A stretch of DNA of 63,424 nt, filler included. It is 5 parts of 5 records of this genome, joined end to end, with 100 filler letters (N's around TTAATTAATTAA, not from the genome) between each part and the next. Parts side by side here need not be neighbours in the genome. Positions count along the whole stretch, not along the records: positions 13,922 to 30,447 come from SRR31156797_10212; 4 more parts are not named here. The stretch is one strand, 5' to 3'. The notes beneath the pieces were generated by a model. It was not told where the DNA came from and made no database searches. It worked only from the letters and a program-made list of their open reading frames with translations. Shown here in pieces: positions 18,266-28,292 of this stretch; position 1 is the first letter of the stretch; each line of letters begins with the position of its first letter. The translations under genes were made by a program, and so were the position numbers.

Positions 18266-19908
18266 TCGATATTAGTGTAAATATTAATCCCTTTAGTGTA
18301 AAGAATGAATGTGGTGATTTTTATCTATTTAGTGAACTTGAAGATTATCACCTTTTAGTAGTAGGGGATATAGGTGGCCATGGCAGTAGTACTATTTATC
18401 AAATTGCAAATACTATTAAAGAGTATATTTTAGCACATAAAGAACAAAATATTAAAGATATTCTTTATAAAGTTCACCAACATTCCATTTTAAAAAGTAC
18501 TGGGATGACTATGTTCATTGCACAAGTATATAAAAATATTCCTCTTTTAAACTACTGCGCTGTAGGAAATACAAGAAGTATGATTTTTAGAAAGAATAAG
18601 CTTTTACCGCTTCATACTCAAGATGGTATTATAGGTTATGATATTCCATCTGAAATAAAACTAAATATGATGAAACTTCTTAAAAATGATCTTTTATTAA
18701 TAGCTACTGATGGGGTGAGTTTTCATAATACTCAAAAAATAATACCTAAACTTCAAACAACAAAAGACTTAGATCAAATTACTCAGTTTTTTACTCATGA
18801 CCTAAAAAATGAAGATGATAGTTTATGTGTAGCACTTCGACTTGAAAGATCCCATTCAAATGCTTTTTCTATAAAATATACAAAAGAAGAGGGAGAACAA
18901 AAAACACCTAAAGATTTATCAAAAACATCAAAAAACATTCAAAATAAAACGCTCAATAAAATTCCAGATATTACACTAGATCCTCTTCATACACTTTTAT
19001 CTTTTCAAAAGAAAATGAAATTATGGAGACTAGATGCAAAATATCTCCTTACTGAAAATATTGCAAAAGATACCATCAACTTAGCTATTGATAAGATCAA
19101 ACTCTATGGTTCTTTAAAAAAAATCGATGTAGTAAAAATAAAAACTTTTCTTTTTGAAGTGATTGAGCAATCAGAGGTTTCATTATATATAAAAGATAAC
19201 CTATTGCAAATCACTATACAACATGTTGGAGAGTATAAAAATAGTATTGAGTTTATTTTTGAGCAATATAGCATTTTAGATACAGATGAAGCTATTATCA
19301 ATATCTATTTAGATCAATATATTAAGTTAAGTGATGAGGAGTTTAAAGATCTACAAAAAATGATCAAACTCAATTTAAATGATAAAGATTATGCCTTATA
19401 TAAAGAGAGAGAAAAATTCTTGAGTGATATGGCATATAAAGATAATCTTACTAATATCTACAATAGAAATAAGTTTAATGAAATGGTACAAATTGAACTT
19501 CAAAGAGATAATAGATATCATAGAAACTTTAGTGTTGGTATCATAGATATTGATCATTTTAAAAGATTCAATGACACTTATGGACATCTTATTGGAGATG
19601 AAGTACTTATTATGCTAGCACAGTGTTTAAAGAACAATGTTCGATCTACTGATACGTATGCGCGTTGGGGTGGAGAGGAGTTTGTTTTATTATTTCCTGA
19701 AACTGATAAGAATCAAGCATTTATTGCAGCAGAACACTTAAGAAAAAGTATTCAAAAACTTTCCCATGAAACAGCTGGTTCTATTACTGCAAGTTTTGGG
19801 ATCACACAATACCAAAAAGATGATACCTTACAAAGCATGTTTAAAAGATGTGATGATGCGTTATATGATGCAAAAGATGGTGGAAGAAATATGGTTTGTT
19901 CAAGATAA
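18262..19908 (+). CDS. RsbX-like PP2C phosphatase fused to a GGDEF diguanylate cyclase
   Basis: PP2C motifs ECGD, VGDIGGHG, ATDGV and EDDS. C-terminal DNLTNIYNR, DIDHFKRFND.YGH.IGD, I-site RSTD and active site RWGGEEF. Confidence 0.87.
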   Translation: MIDISVNINPFSVKNECGDFYLFSELEDYHLLVVGDIGGHGSSTIYQIANTIKEYILAHKEQNIKDILYKVHQHSILKSTGMTMFIAQVYKNIPLLNYCAVGNTRSMIFRKNKLLPLHTQDGIIGYDIPSEIKLNMMKLLKNDLLLIATDGVSFHNTQKIIPKLQTTKDLDQITQFFTHDLKNEDDSLCVALRLERSHSNAFSIKYTKEEGEQKTPKDLSKTSKNIQNKTLNKIPDITLDPLHTLLSFQKKMKLWRLDAKYLLTENIAKDTINLAIDKIKLYGSLKKIDVVKIKTFLFEVIEQSEVSLYIKDNLLQITIQHVGEYKNSIEFIFEQYSILDTDEAIINIYLDQYIKLSDEEFKDLQKMIKLNLNDKDYALYKEREKFLSDMAYKDNLTNIYNRNKFNEMVQIELQRDNRYHRNFSVGIIDIDHFKRFNDTYGHLIGDEVLIMLAQCLKNNVRSTDTYARWGGEEFVLLFPETDKNQAFIAAEHLRKSIQKLSHETAGSITASFGITQYQKDDTLQSMFKRCDDALYDAKDGGRNMVCSR

Positions 19909-20102
19909 TATAAAAAGTTTATCACAATAAACATATGATAATTTGCAATTAACTTGACCAATAGTCAAAAAAAATCAAAAATTAATTTTTATTTAAGATA
20001 TACTTGGTAATATTTCTTTCATATATAACTTTTTCTTATATAGAATAATCTTAATTTATTATTCATATTTGCATAAGTTATAAAAAACTAAGGAGAAAAT
20101 TA

Positions 20103-20699
20103 ATGAAATTAGGAAATGTTTTATTAGCAACTGTATTAGCAACAGGTGTTGCTTTTGCTTCAGAGTCTTTCAACAAAGTTGAACCAATGGATAAATTCCA
20201 AGGATATAAACCAGGAAATGGTCTTATAAAGAAGAAACTTAAAGCAGCAGGGTATTATGCAACGCCAGAAGAAGTTCAAGAGATCTTAGATGGAAAGAAA
20301 AAAGGTTGGAAAGTTGTAGATGTAAGACCAGGAAGTGAGTGGAAAGGTGCTGCAGTTGCAAACCTTAACTCTAAAGGGAAAGTTGTTCCAATTACAAGAA
20401 TTGGTAGACAAACTCCTGAAAAAGCATTAGAGCTTTATACTCCACTTGAAGGTGTTGTATTAGTTTGTAGAACAGGAACTAGAGCTGCATTTGACTGGGC
20501 AAGTTACTCATTTGCTGGATTTGGTGAAAATGTAAAGATTTTTGGTGTAACTGATTGGGCAAAAGCTTGTAAGCCACTTTCTAATAAAGCAAAAGGTGAT
20601 GTTTCTGGAGCTAAATTATCTGCTAAAAAAGTAGAGATCAAAGAAGCTAAAAATGGTGCTTTTTACTGGGATCAATGTAAAAACATCGACTGGAAATAA
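20103..20699 (+). CDS. Exported rhodanese-like sulfurtransferase
   Basis: Signal peptide (AFA), VDVR...EW and the active-site loop CRTGTRA. Confidence 0.8.
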   Translation: MKLGNVLLATVLATGVAFASESFNKVEPMDKFQGYKPGNGLIKKKLKAAGYYATPEEVQEILDGKKKGWKVVDVRPGSEWKGAAVANLNSKGKVVPITRIGRQTPEKALELYTPLEGVVLVCRTGTRAAFDWASYSFAGFGENVKIFGVTDWAKACKPLSNKAKGDVSGAKLSAKKVEIKEAKNGAFYWDQCKNIDWK

Positions 20700-20704
20700 T
20701 TTTT

Positions 20705-20734
20705 CTAAATTTCTCTTATCTAAGAGAAATTTAG
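20705..20734 (+). terminator. Hairpin terminator after the rhodanese gene
   Basis: CTAAATTTCTCTTA-TC-TAAGAGAAATTTAG. Confidence 0.6.
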
Positions 20735-20854
20735 TCCCTTCTCTATATACAATAATCAACATAAACATACATACACACTAACTAACTTTTTCACTTTAAG
20801 TTACTTTTAAAACTTTTTGTTATAATAATGTAATAAAATCATAAAGGATTAGTC

Positions 20855-21367
20855 TTGGATATAGTAACAGAAAGTTACAATAACATATCTATTGCTCAAC
20901 TACAAGCTAAATTGGCAGAAAAGTTTGCCGAACTTGAAAGAATTGATCAAGAAAAAGCTTTAGAGAAAACTTCAAGAAAAGACTATATTGAACAAACAAC
21001 TGATCCATTAAACCTAGGAAACTATGACCAACAAGATTTTGAAAGAGTTTTAGAAAAATTTAAAAAAGCTGATGCTCAAATCAGATCTCATGAACAAGTT
21101 CATGCCACTATTGGGCAAACGACAGCACCAATCTCATACAACTATCAAAAAGGGCCTGATGGTAAAATGTATGCTGTAGGGGGAAACGTACGATTTGATA
21201 CTTCTATCCCTGATGATCCCAAAGCAGCAGCTTTTAAACTAGATCAACTCTCACGTGCTGCTATAGGAGTATCTGATCCAAGTGGAGCAGATACTATGAT
21301 AGCAAATCAATCTAATCTCAATAAGATCCTACTCCAATTTGAAAGTGAACGAAATGCAGATAAATAA
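20855..21367 (+). CDS. SprA-related family protein (HExxH)
   Basis: DAQIRSHEQVH...YQKGPDGKMYAVGG...AA..SDPSGAD. TTG start. Confidence 0.75.
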   Translation: MDIVTESYNNISIAQLQAKLAEKFAELERIDQEKALEKTSRKDYIEQTTDPLNLGNYDQQDFERVLEKFKKADAQIRSHEQVHATIGQTTAPISYNYQKGPDGKMYAVGGNVRFDTSIPDDPKAAAFKLDQLSRAAIGVSDPSGADTMIANQSNLNKILLQFESERNADK

Positions 21368-21641
21368 TAACATCAATTCAATGGTTCAATTAGAAAAAAG
21401 ACTTGAACAAAGTGCAAATGAACTTTCAAAACTCAATCTTAACAATGAACAACTAGATAATGAAAGTGAAAAAAACCTTTCAAAAAATAGCTCAAAAGAG
21501 CCAAAAGAGATACAAGAGTCTCCAGAAATTGCATCTGAGATGGTAAAACAAATAGAGATACCGATCGCATATACAGCAAATGCAGAAGTAATCTCAACAC
21601 AAAGCAATGTATCTCATACTTCTATAGATATAAAAGCGTAA
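21354..21641 (+). CDS. Hypothetical protein with a flagellar basal-body-rod-like C-terminal motif
   Basis: MQINNN...[17 protein letters not shown]...IDIKA. Overlaps the previous stop. Confidence 0.55.
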   Translation: MQINNNINSMVQLEKRLEQSANELSKLNLNNEQLDNESEKNLSKNSSKEPKEIQESPEIASEMVKQIEIPIAYTANAEVISTQSNVSHTSIDIKA

Positions 21642-21655
21642 AAGATACTTTTTTT

Positions 21656-22486
21656 ATGGAAATATTTCACTCACCTAAGCTTTTACAAGCTCAATTAAAA
21701 ACAACAAATAAAACTATTGGGTTTGTTCCAACTATGGGAGCTTTACACTCTGGACATAAATCTTTAATAGAAAAATCTGTACAACAAAATGATATCACTG
21801 TAGTTTCAATCTTTGTCAATCCAACTCAATTTTTACAAGGGGAAGACCTAGATAAATATCCTAAAAAATTTGAAGCAGATAAAAAGATATGTGAACTAAG
21901 TGGTGTGGATTATCTTTTCTTTCCAAATGCAAATGATATCTATTCAAGCGATGAAGTTCTAATAAAAGCACCAATGTATAAAGGATTTATTTTAGAAGGG
22001 GAGCGACGTCCTGGACATTTTGATGGGATGTTACAAATTGTTTTAAAACTTTTTAATATTGTACAACCTACCAATGCTTATTTTGGCAAAAAAGATGCCC
22101 AACAATTAGCTCTTATTGAACAAATGGTTCAAAACCTTTTTTTAGATATTAATATTGTTCCATGTGATATCGTAAGAGAAGAGAGTGGACTTGCTATGAG
22201 TAGTAGAAATAGCTATCTTGATATTGAACAACATCAAAAGGCACTTGGTATTTCAAAAGCCCTAAAACTTGGAGCAAAAGCTATTGGTAATGGAGAGTTT
22301 GAGAGTAGTAAAATAAAAACAATTATAGAAAAAAACTTACAAGAACATGGTATTTGTCATATTGATTACGTGGAAATAGTCAATAGAGATTTTGAGAAAA
22401 TTGAGAAAATTGAGCTGAAAAACACTCTATTATTAGTTGCTGTGAGGGTTGATGAAACACGGCTTATTGATAACTTTTGGATTTAA
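21656..22486 (+). CDS. panC: Pantoate-beta-alanine ligase
   Basis: Motifs [46 protein letters not shown] and RLIDN. Confidence 0.97.
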   Translation: MEIFHSPKLLQAQLKTTNKTIGFVPTMGALHSGHKSLIEKSVQQNDITVVSIFVNPTQFLQGEDLDKYPKKFEADKKICELSGVDYLFFPNANDIYSSDEVLIKAPMYKGFILEGERRPGHFDGMLQIVLKLFNIVQPTNAYFGKKDAQQLALIEQMVQNLFLDINIVPCDIVREESGLAMSSRNSYLDIEQHQKALGISKALKLGAKAIGNGEFESSKIKTIIEKNLQEHGICHIDYVEIVNRDFEKIEKIELKNTLLLVAVRVDETRLIDNFWI

Positions 22487-22533
22487 TTTATTCATTAGTA
22501 ATTTAAAGTTAGAATCTCTTTAAAGGATTTATA

Positions 22534-22857
22534 ATGAGATATGTAATAGCTACACTTTTATTGTTTAGTACTCTTCTTTTCGCCGAAGATGAAAAAAGAG
22601 CTGATTGTATTTTATTAGAAGATGAAAACTCTATTATCTGCAAATATGTAGCTCCAAGAGTTGATTTTGAAAAAAAGATCACTATTGAATGGATAGATCC
22701 AAATGGAGAGATTTCTAGAAATAGAGAGATGATAGTCCCACCCATGCATGGCTCTGTGTATGATTATAGGTATTTAGAGGGTAGAACTCCAGGAGTATGG
22801 ACTTTTAAAGTAATTGACCTAGATGAAACCTACACTACTCAATTTACTATAGAATAA
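22534..22857 (+). CDS. Exported hypothetical protein, probably Ig-like
   Basis: AAGGA RBS, signal peptide, a Cys pair and WIDPNG...GVWTF. Confidence 0.7.
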   Translation: MRYVIATLLLFSTLLFAEDEKRADCILLEDENSIICKYVAPRVDFEKKITIEWIDPNGEISRNREMIVPPMHGSVYDYRYLEGRTPGVWTFKVIDLDETYTTQFTIE

Positions 22858-22872
22858 TATAGGGAAAATCAT

Positions 22873-24087
22873 ATAAAAAAAATAGCAATTATTGGTGGTG
22901 GAGCTTCAGGTCTAACTGCAGCCACTTATCTTTCACAAAATAACTTTCATATCACCATTTATGAAAAGAACTCCAAATTAGGAAGAAAGCTTTTAGCAAC
23001 AGGAAACGGAAGGTGTAATGTAAGCAATGAAGATCTTTCTTTAAAACATTTTCATTCCCATAGCGATATCTCACAAATAAAACCTATTTTAAATAAATTT
23101 GATCTAATAAAATGTGAAAAGTTTTTTCACTCTCTTGGTATCTTATTTTTTAAAAATGAACAAGGAAGATATTATCCTCTTTCAGGAAGTGCTTCGAGTA
23201 TTGTAGATGCTTTTACATTCACACTCACACAAAATAATGTAAATATAGAACTAAATGGCCTTGTAGAAACTATTGACTACAATAAAGAAAAACAACAATT
23301 TTTAATCAATCAAAAAGAGATTTTTGATTATGTAATTATTGCAACAGGAAGTATCGCGATGAAAAAACTAGGAGCTACTTCAAGCGGCTATGAGTTAGCT
23401 CAAAAATTTTCCCATACTGTATTTGAACCATTTACTTCTTTAGTACAACTCAAAAGTAATAATAAACATCTTGATATCATTCAAGGGGTAAAAATCACAG
23501 GGAAAGTAAAAAATATCATAGGAGATATCCTTTTTACAAAATATGGAATTTCTGGATCAGTGATACTAGATATTAGTAGAGAGATAGTTGAACAATTACA
23601 ATTTAATGAAAAAGTAAAACTAAGTATCGATCTTCTTCCAAATATCTCTAAAGAAAAACTTATCCAAATCCTTAAAGATCGACAAAAACTTTTAAAAAAT
23701 AAAGAGATATTTACATGGCTTGATGGAATTTTACATAAAAAACTTTCTCGTTATATCATCCTCACCCTTGGTCTTGAAAATAAAGCAAAAGTTGTTGCTG
23801 ATCTTACCTATAAACAACTTCAATCAATTGCATTTACAATAAAAAATCTCCCTTTTATCATCACAGAATCAAATGGCTTTGAGAATTGTGAAGTGTGTGC
23901 AGGAGGAGTAGATATCTCTGAGATCAATTGTAAAACTATGGAGTCAAAAAAACAATCTAACCTTTATTTAACTGGTGAGGTTTTAGATGTGGATGGAGAT
24001 TGTGGAGGCTATAACTTACACTTTGCATGGGCTTCAGGATATAGTGCGGCACAGGCTATTATTAGTAAACAATCAAAGAGCCAATGA
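22873..24087 (+). CDS. HI0933/YhiN/BaiN family flavoprotein, probably initiated at a non-canonical ATA
   Basis: The frame is open from 22858 and contains KKIAIIGGGASG (FAD motif) and GRKLLATGNGRCN, with no ATG/GTG/TTG until 23359. C-terminal GEVLDVDGDCGGYNL. Confidence 0.85.
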   Translation: MKKIAIIGGGASGLTAATYLSQNNFHITIYEKNSKLGRKLLATGNGRCNVSNEDLSLKHFHSHSDISQIKPILNKFDLIKCEKFFHSLGILFFKNEQGRYYPLSGSASSIVDAFTFTLTQNNVNIELNGLVETIDYNKEKQQFLINQKEIFDYVIIATGSIAMKKLGATSSGYELAQKFSHTVFEPFTSLVQLKSNNKHLDIIQGVKITGKVKNIIGDILFTKYGISGSVILDISREIVEQLQFNEKVKLSIDLLPNISKEKLIQILKDRQKLLKNKEIFTWLDGILHKKLSRYIILTLGLENKAKVVADLTYKQLQSIAFTIKNLPFIITESNGFENCEVCAGGVDISEINCKTMESKKQSNLYLTGEVLDVDGDCGGYNLHFAWASGYSAAQAIISKQSKSQ

Positions 24088-25245
24088 TCCCATATCCCAA
24101 ATGGGAACCATAATAGCAATTACCAACCATAAAACTACACTTGCGATGATAAGAATCATTATAGGTTCAAAATAGTTCTCAAAGTTTTGGATACTATTTT
24201 CAAAATTTACCTTATAATAGTGTGCTATATCTACTAAAATAGTTTCATATCTTGAAGTGTTTTGTGCAGTTGTTAAAAGTTTAATCGTTACCTCATCAAA
24301 ACACTTATATTTGGCAAAAGAATGAACAATACTATTTCCTTGTTTGATATCTTGTATCACTTTATCGATAAGCTCTTGTAAATATCTATTTTCAATAATT
24401 ACTTTACTATTTTGAATTGCTACTTGAAACTGGTATTTTGAGCGTACTATAATACCCATCGCTAAAAATAGTTTATATAGATGATAAAAACGAACTATTT
24501 TACTAATAAAAGGTATTTGTTCAAAGATCACTTTTTCACTTACAATTGGATATTTTTTATAAAGTATCATACAAAACAGTATACTCCCAAGAATTCCGAT
24601 AAGTAAAACTCCAAAATATTCACTAAAAATCTTTTTTAAAACTAATAAAACCTTCGTAGCTATTGGCAACTCTCGTAGATTTTGAAAAATGAATTCAAAG
24701 TTTGGTAATACGTAGATAAATATCATACCTAAAGCAATCACTAAAGAAACCACTAATAGTAATGGATAGCGTATCACTTGAAAAAACTGTTTTTTAATAG
24801 ACAACTCCTCTTTTAAAACAGCTACTAAAGAGTTCATCGACTCTTTCATATTTCCATTTTCTATTCCTAGCTTTAAAAATATAATAGGAGTATTTCCTAA
24901 ATACTTTTTATATGGGAAAAGTAACTGTTCTATAGGCAAAGATTTTACAACTGCTTCTTTAATACTTTGTAAGATCTGCTCAATCTGTTTTTTACTATTT
25001 CTTTCTTGGATAATTTCTATAGCTTGTATAAAAGTAAGTCCTGAATCTAACATCAAAGAGAACTGAGAAAAAAGCTGTAATACTTCCTCTTTTGAGATAG
25101 AGCTTAAAGACTGTTTGTTATGTAAAATCCCTTGATCAATATAGATAATATTTTCTTTTATTTGCATGATATCAGTATATGAATCTATAGCAACTTTTTC
25201 AGTCTTGATTTTATTATTTTCTTGATAGGTAATTTTATATCTCAT
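24073..25245 (-). CDS. Type II secretion/pilus platform protein (GspF/PilC/CtsF family)
   Basis: Motifs QFSLMLDSGL, GIENGNM, IRYP and EPIMIL...AIMVPIW. Confidence 0.88.
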   Translation of the reverse strand: MRYKITYQENNKIKTEKVAIDSYTDIMQIKENIIYIDQGILHNKQSLSSISKEEVLQLFSQFSLMLDSGLTFIQAIEIIQERNSKKQIEQILQSIKEAVVKSLPIEQLLFPYKKYLGNTPIIFLKLGIENGNMKESMNSLVAVLKEELSIKKQFFQVIRYPLLLVVSLVIALGMIFIYVLPNFEFIFQNLRELPIATKVLLVLKKIFSEYFGVLLIGILGSILFCMILYKKYPIVSEKVIFEQIPFISKIVRFYHLYKLFLAMGIIVRSKYQFQVAIQNSKVIIENRYLQELIDKVIQDIKQGNSIVHSFAKYKCFDEVTIKLLTTAQNTSRYETILVDIAHYYKVNFENSIQNFENYFEPIMILIIASVVLWLVIAIMVPIWDMGSLAL

Positions 25246-26646
25246 CTATATCTTTGTATGAAACTCTAAAGGAGTTGTCATCCCTTTTTTTATTAGTATT
25301 TTAGCTTTATCTTCAAGTGTTTGAAAACCTTTTTGTTTTAATAACTCTTCTAATTGTATATTACTATATTGGTGTGTCACTGCATTTTGTATCTCTTTAT
25401 CTATAGTTAAACACTCTGCGATCACTTCTCTACCATAATATCCTGTATAGTTACAATAATGACACCCAATAGACTCATAATACAATCCGTTTTTCTCTTT
25501 GCATTTTGGGCATAAGATTCGTAAAAGTCTTTGCGAGAGTATCATCTTTAAAGTAGCTTCAATTAAATATGGCTCAGCACCAAGGTCTTGAAGTCTTGCT
25601 AGGGTTTCTATACAATTGTTTGTATGAAGTGTTGCTATAACTAAATGTCCAGTTAAAGATGCTTGTAATGCTATTTTTAATGACTCAATGTCACGAATCT
25701 CCCCTATCATCAAAATATCAGGATCCTGACGTAGAGTGTTTTTTAGAATCATATGATAATTTAGTTCGATATCTTCATTAATATTTACTTGCACTACTCC
25801 ATCGATTTTATACTCAACTGGATCTTCAACCGTAATGATCTTTTTCTCTTCAAGATTTAGCTTTTGTAACATAGAATAGAGTGTTGTAGTTTTACCACTT
25901 CCTGTAGGTCCTGTAACTAAAATCAAGCCTTGCTTTAGGTTAATATTTGTATCTAATAAAGATAATGTCTCTTGATCAAATCCAAGATCTGATAAACCTT
26001 TTTCTGCATTACTATTATCTAAGATACGAAGAACTATCGATTCTCCTAAGATTGTAGGCATAGTTGAGATTCTAAGATCATATAACTTATCTTGTATCTT
26101 TTTAGAAAACCTACTATTGAGAGGTAATCTCTTTTGTGAAATATCAAGATCACCAAAATACTTTATAATAGAGCTTAATACATAATATAGATCAATGGAA
26201 AAACGAAAATACTGTTTTAAAACACCATCTATTCTCAAGCGTATCACTACACTTGTATTAACCACTTCAAAATGAATATCACTTGCATTATTCTCAATAC
26301 TAAATTCAATCATTACTTCTAAGAACTCTTCTATAAAACTATTTTTCTCTTGATCTTTTTTTGTATGAAGTCCTTGCATTGCCAAAGAAAAAAGTTCTAC
26401 TTTTAACTTAGAATGTTTCCATTCAAACTGTAGTTCAGTATCAGGAACATACACAAACTTTATAGGCATCTGAAATAGAGTAGCTATCTCTTCACTTTTC
26501 ATATTCTTATCAGATGTGGCAACCTTGAAAAAAAGACTATCCTCAAAAAGAGGCATTATTTTATATTGCTCAAGATATTTTGAATCAAAGTTTTTAAATA
26601 TACTATAGTCTATTTCATAATTATTCAGTGAATCTATATTGTCCAT
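25246..26646 (-). CDS. GspE/PulE/CtsE family assembly ATPase
   Basis: Motifs ASDIHFE, Walker A GPTGSGKTTTLY, TVEDPVE, LRQDPD..IGEIRD, TGHL..TLH and CxxC pairs. Confidence 0.93.
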   Translation of the reverse strand: MDNIDSLNNYEIDYSIFKNFDSKYLEQYKIMPLFEDSLFFKVATSDKNMKSEEIATLFQMPIKFVYVPDTELQFEWKHSKLKVELFSLAMQGLHTKKDQEKNSFIEEFLEVMIEFSIENNASDIHFEVVNTSVVIRLRIDGVLKQYFRFSIDLYYVLSSIIKYFGDLDISQKRLPLNSRFSKKIQDKLYDLRISTMPTILGESIVLRILDNSNAEKGLSDLGFDQETLSLLDTNINLKQGLILVTGPTGSGKTTTLYSMLQKLNLEEKKIITVEDPVEYKIDGVVQVNINEDIELNYHMILKNTLRQDPDILMIGEIRDIESLKIALQASLTGHLVIATLHTNNCIETLARLQDLGAEPYLIEATLKMILSQRLLRILCPKCKEKNGLYYESIGCHYCNYTGYYGREVIAECLTIDKEIQNAVTHQYSNIQLEELLKQKGFQTLEDKAKILIKKGMTTPLEFHTKI

Positions 26647-26692
26647 TTTATAGTGTACTATAAAAGTGTCACAATTCCTGTCGATTCTTTTT

Positions 26693-27394
26693 TTATTTTT
26701 TATATTTTATGTAAAATTGTTTTTTCTTGGCTATATTTTCAAATAAAACTTTTCCAGTTCCTATCTCTATAATCCTATTATTCTCTATTAAATCACCTTT
26801 ACTATACCATTGTTGATCTATTAATACCTCTTCTGCTAAAATAGCATCGATTTGAAAATTTGGTATTTGAAAACTTTCTTGTGTTTCTTTCACTTTTACT
26901 TTTATAGGCTCTTTTTTTATATAAAAAGGATTTACAAATGCTAAAGTATTTTTTATTTCAATATCTTTATGAAATAAGTATCTTGTATCTAAAAGTATTT
27001 GAACTTTTAATTGCTTATCTTTTGGTATAATAGATAAAGATTTTATCCTAAAATGATTCTCTAAAGTGAGTAATACTTTCATACTTTTGTCATACATATC
27101 CATAAACTCTAGAGAAAGTTGTTTATTTTGCACGACTAAAGAGGAGTTTACTATCCCCATTTTTGATAATCTAATTTGAACAAATTGCAAAGCTTCATTT
27201 TGGGAAGTTTTCTGCATCTTTTGGGAGATATCTATAGATCTAAGATTATGTAGTTTCACTTTTTTGGTATCATCAATGAAAACTTTAAAATTATCCACAT
27301 AATATAATATTCCCCCATAAACCATAAGTACTATTAAAACAACTTCAATCTTTTGGAATGAGGCTAAACTTTCAAATCTTTCTTTAAAAAACAA
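26693..27394 (-). CDS. Hypothetical bitopic protein, probable pilus/T2SS accessory (PilO/CtsX-like)
   Basis: N-terminal TM segment, NPF...IDAIL tail, and co-transcription with gspE/F. Confidence 0.5.
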   Translation of the reverse strand: MFFKERFESLASFQKIEVVLIVLMVYGGILYYVDNFKVFIDDTKKVKLHNLRSIDISQKMQKTSQNEALQFVQIRLSKMGIVNSSLVVQNKQLSLEFMDMYDKSMKVLLTLENHFRIKSLSIIPKDKQLKVQILLDTRYLFHKDIEIKNTLAFVNPFYIKKEPIKVKVKETQESFQIPNFQIDAILAEEVLIDQQWYSKGDLIENNRIIEIGTGKVLFENIAKKKQFYIKYKK

Positions 27395-28292
27395 ACTCTA
27401 TCTCCAAAATATGACTCTGTAAACTTTTCTCAAAATAGATCGCTTTTGTTTTTAACTGAAACTCTTTTTTAGCCAATAACTGTAGTAAAATATCTTTTTT
27501 TGAATGGACCACTTGTATCAAAACTCTCTTTTTTAAATACTCCAACTTTAAGACTTTTATCCCTAAGTCATTGAAACTATTTATTAAAGGAGTAAGTTTT
27601 TTTACTGGAGCATACTCTTGAAACTGTTTATATTGACTCATTAACTTTTTTTGCTCTTGTAGTTGTGTATTAGTATAAAGTGTGTTTGAGTATTTTTGAT
27701 TTTCTACTTGATCATTATAGATAGTATAAAGTAAGAATGAAAATACTAAAGTGACCATAAGAAAAAAGTAACGAAAGTAGAGAAAACTTTTTGATTCTAT
27801 AAAAGGGAAAAACCTCTTCTTCTCTTCTTTATAAAACTTTTTTTGATACTGAGAAGAAAGCTCCTGTATCTCATCAGGTGAAACCTCTATAAAATCATCA
27901 ACTATTATATTATACACCTGTGAGATATACTCTTTGATATCTTCTTTCATCAAAGTATCCACTTTTTTTAATAATACTAATTCTTGATTAATAAATAAAC
28001 AAAAAGAACTTTCTAGTAAAAACACTATATTCTTTTTTGTAGTATTATATGCTTTTAAAATAAATACTTCAGGGATACTCTTCTTTTCTAGTGTATTAAA
28101 TACGATCACTTCATACTGTAAAATTGATCTATGAAAGTGGTAATAAAAACAGCTATGTTCATTTAATAAAAATTTTTGGTTTTCAATATGAGTGCGAAGG
28201 AAAGTTAAAAGATATCGTGGCTGAATCTCTTCAGTCACTGATATAGAAAAGCTATTAATATGTGATGAGTCTATAAGATCAAGAGTTTCCAT
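27384..28292 (-). CDS. Hypothetical protein, probable GspL/PilMN-like accessory
   Basis: Cytoplasmic N-domain, one TM segment near aa 170-190 and a periplasmic domain. Operon context supports the call. Confidence 0.5.
   Translation of the reverse strand: METLDLIDSSHINSFSISVTEEIQPRYLLTFLRTHIENQKFLLNEHSCFYYHFHRSILQYEVIVFNTLEKKSIPEVFILKAYNTTKKNIVFLLESSFCLFINQELVLLKKVDTLMKEDIKEYISQVYNIIVDDFIEVSPDEIQELSSQYQKKFYKEEKKRFFPFIESKSFLYFRYFFLMVTLVFSFLLYTIYNDQVENQKYSNTLYTNTQLQEQKKLMSQYKQFQEYAPVKKLTPLINSFNDLGIKVLKLEYLKKRVLIQVVHSKKDILLQLLAKKEFQLKTKAIYFEKSLQSHILEIEFVF

Noticed and set aside
22534-24087. Stop-codon readthrough fusing the exported hypothetical protein to the flavoprotein (same frame)
   Set aside because: TAA is a poor readthrough codon, the upstream protein has a signal peptide while this flavoprotein family is cytoplasmic, and a separate RBS precedes the ATA.
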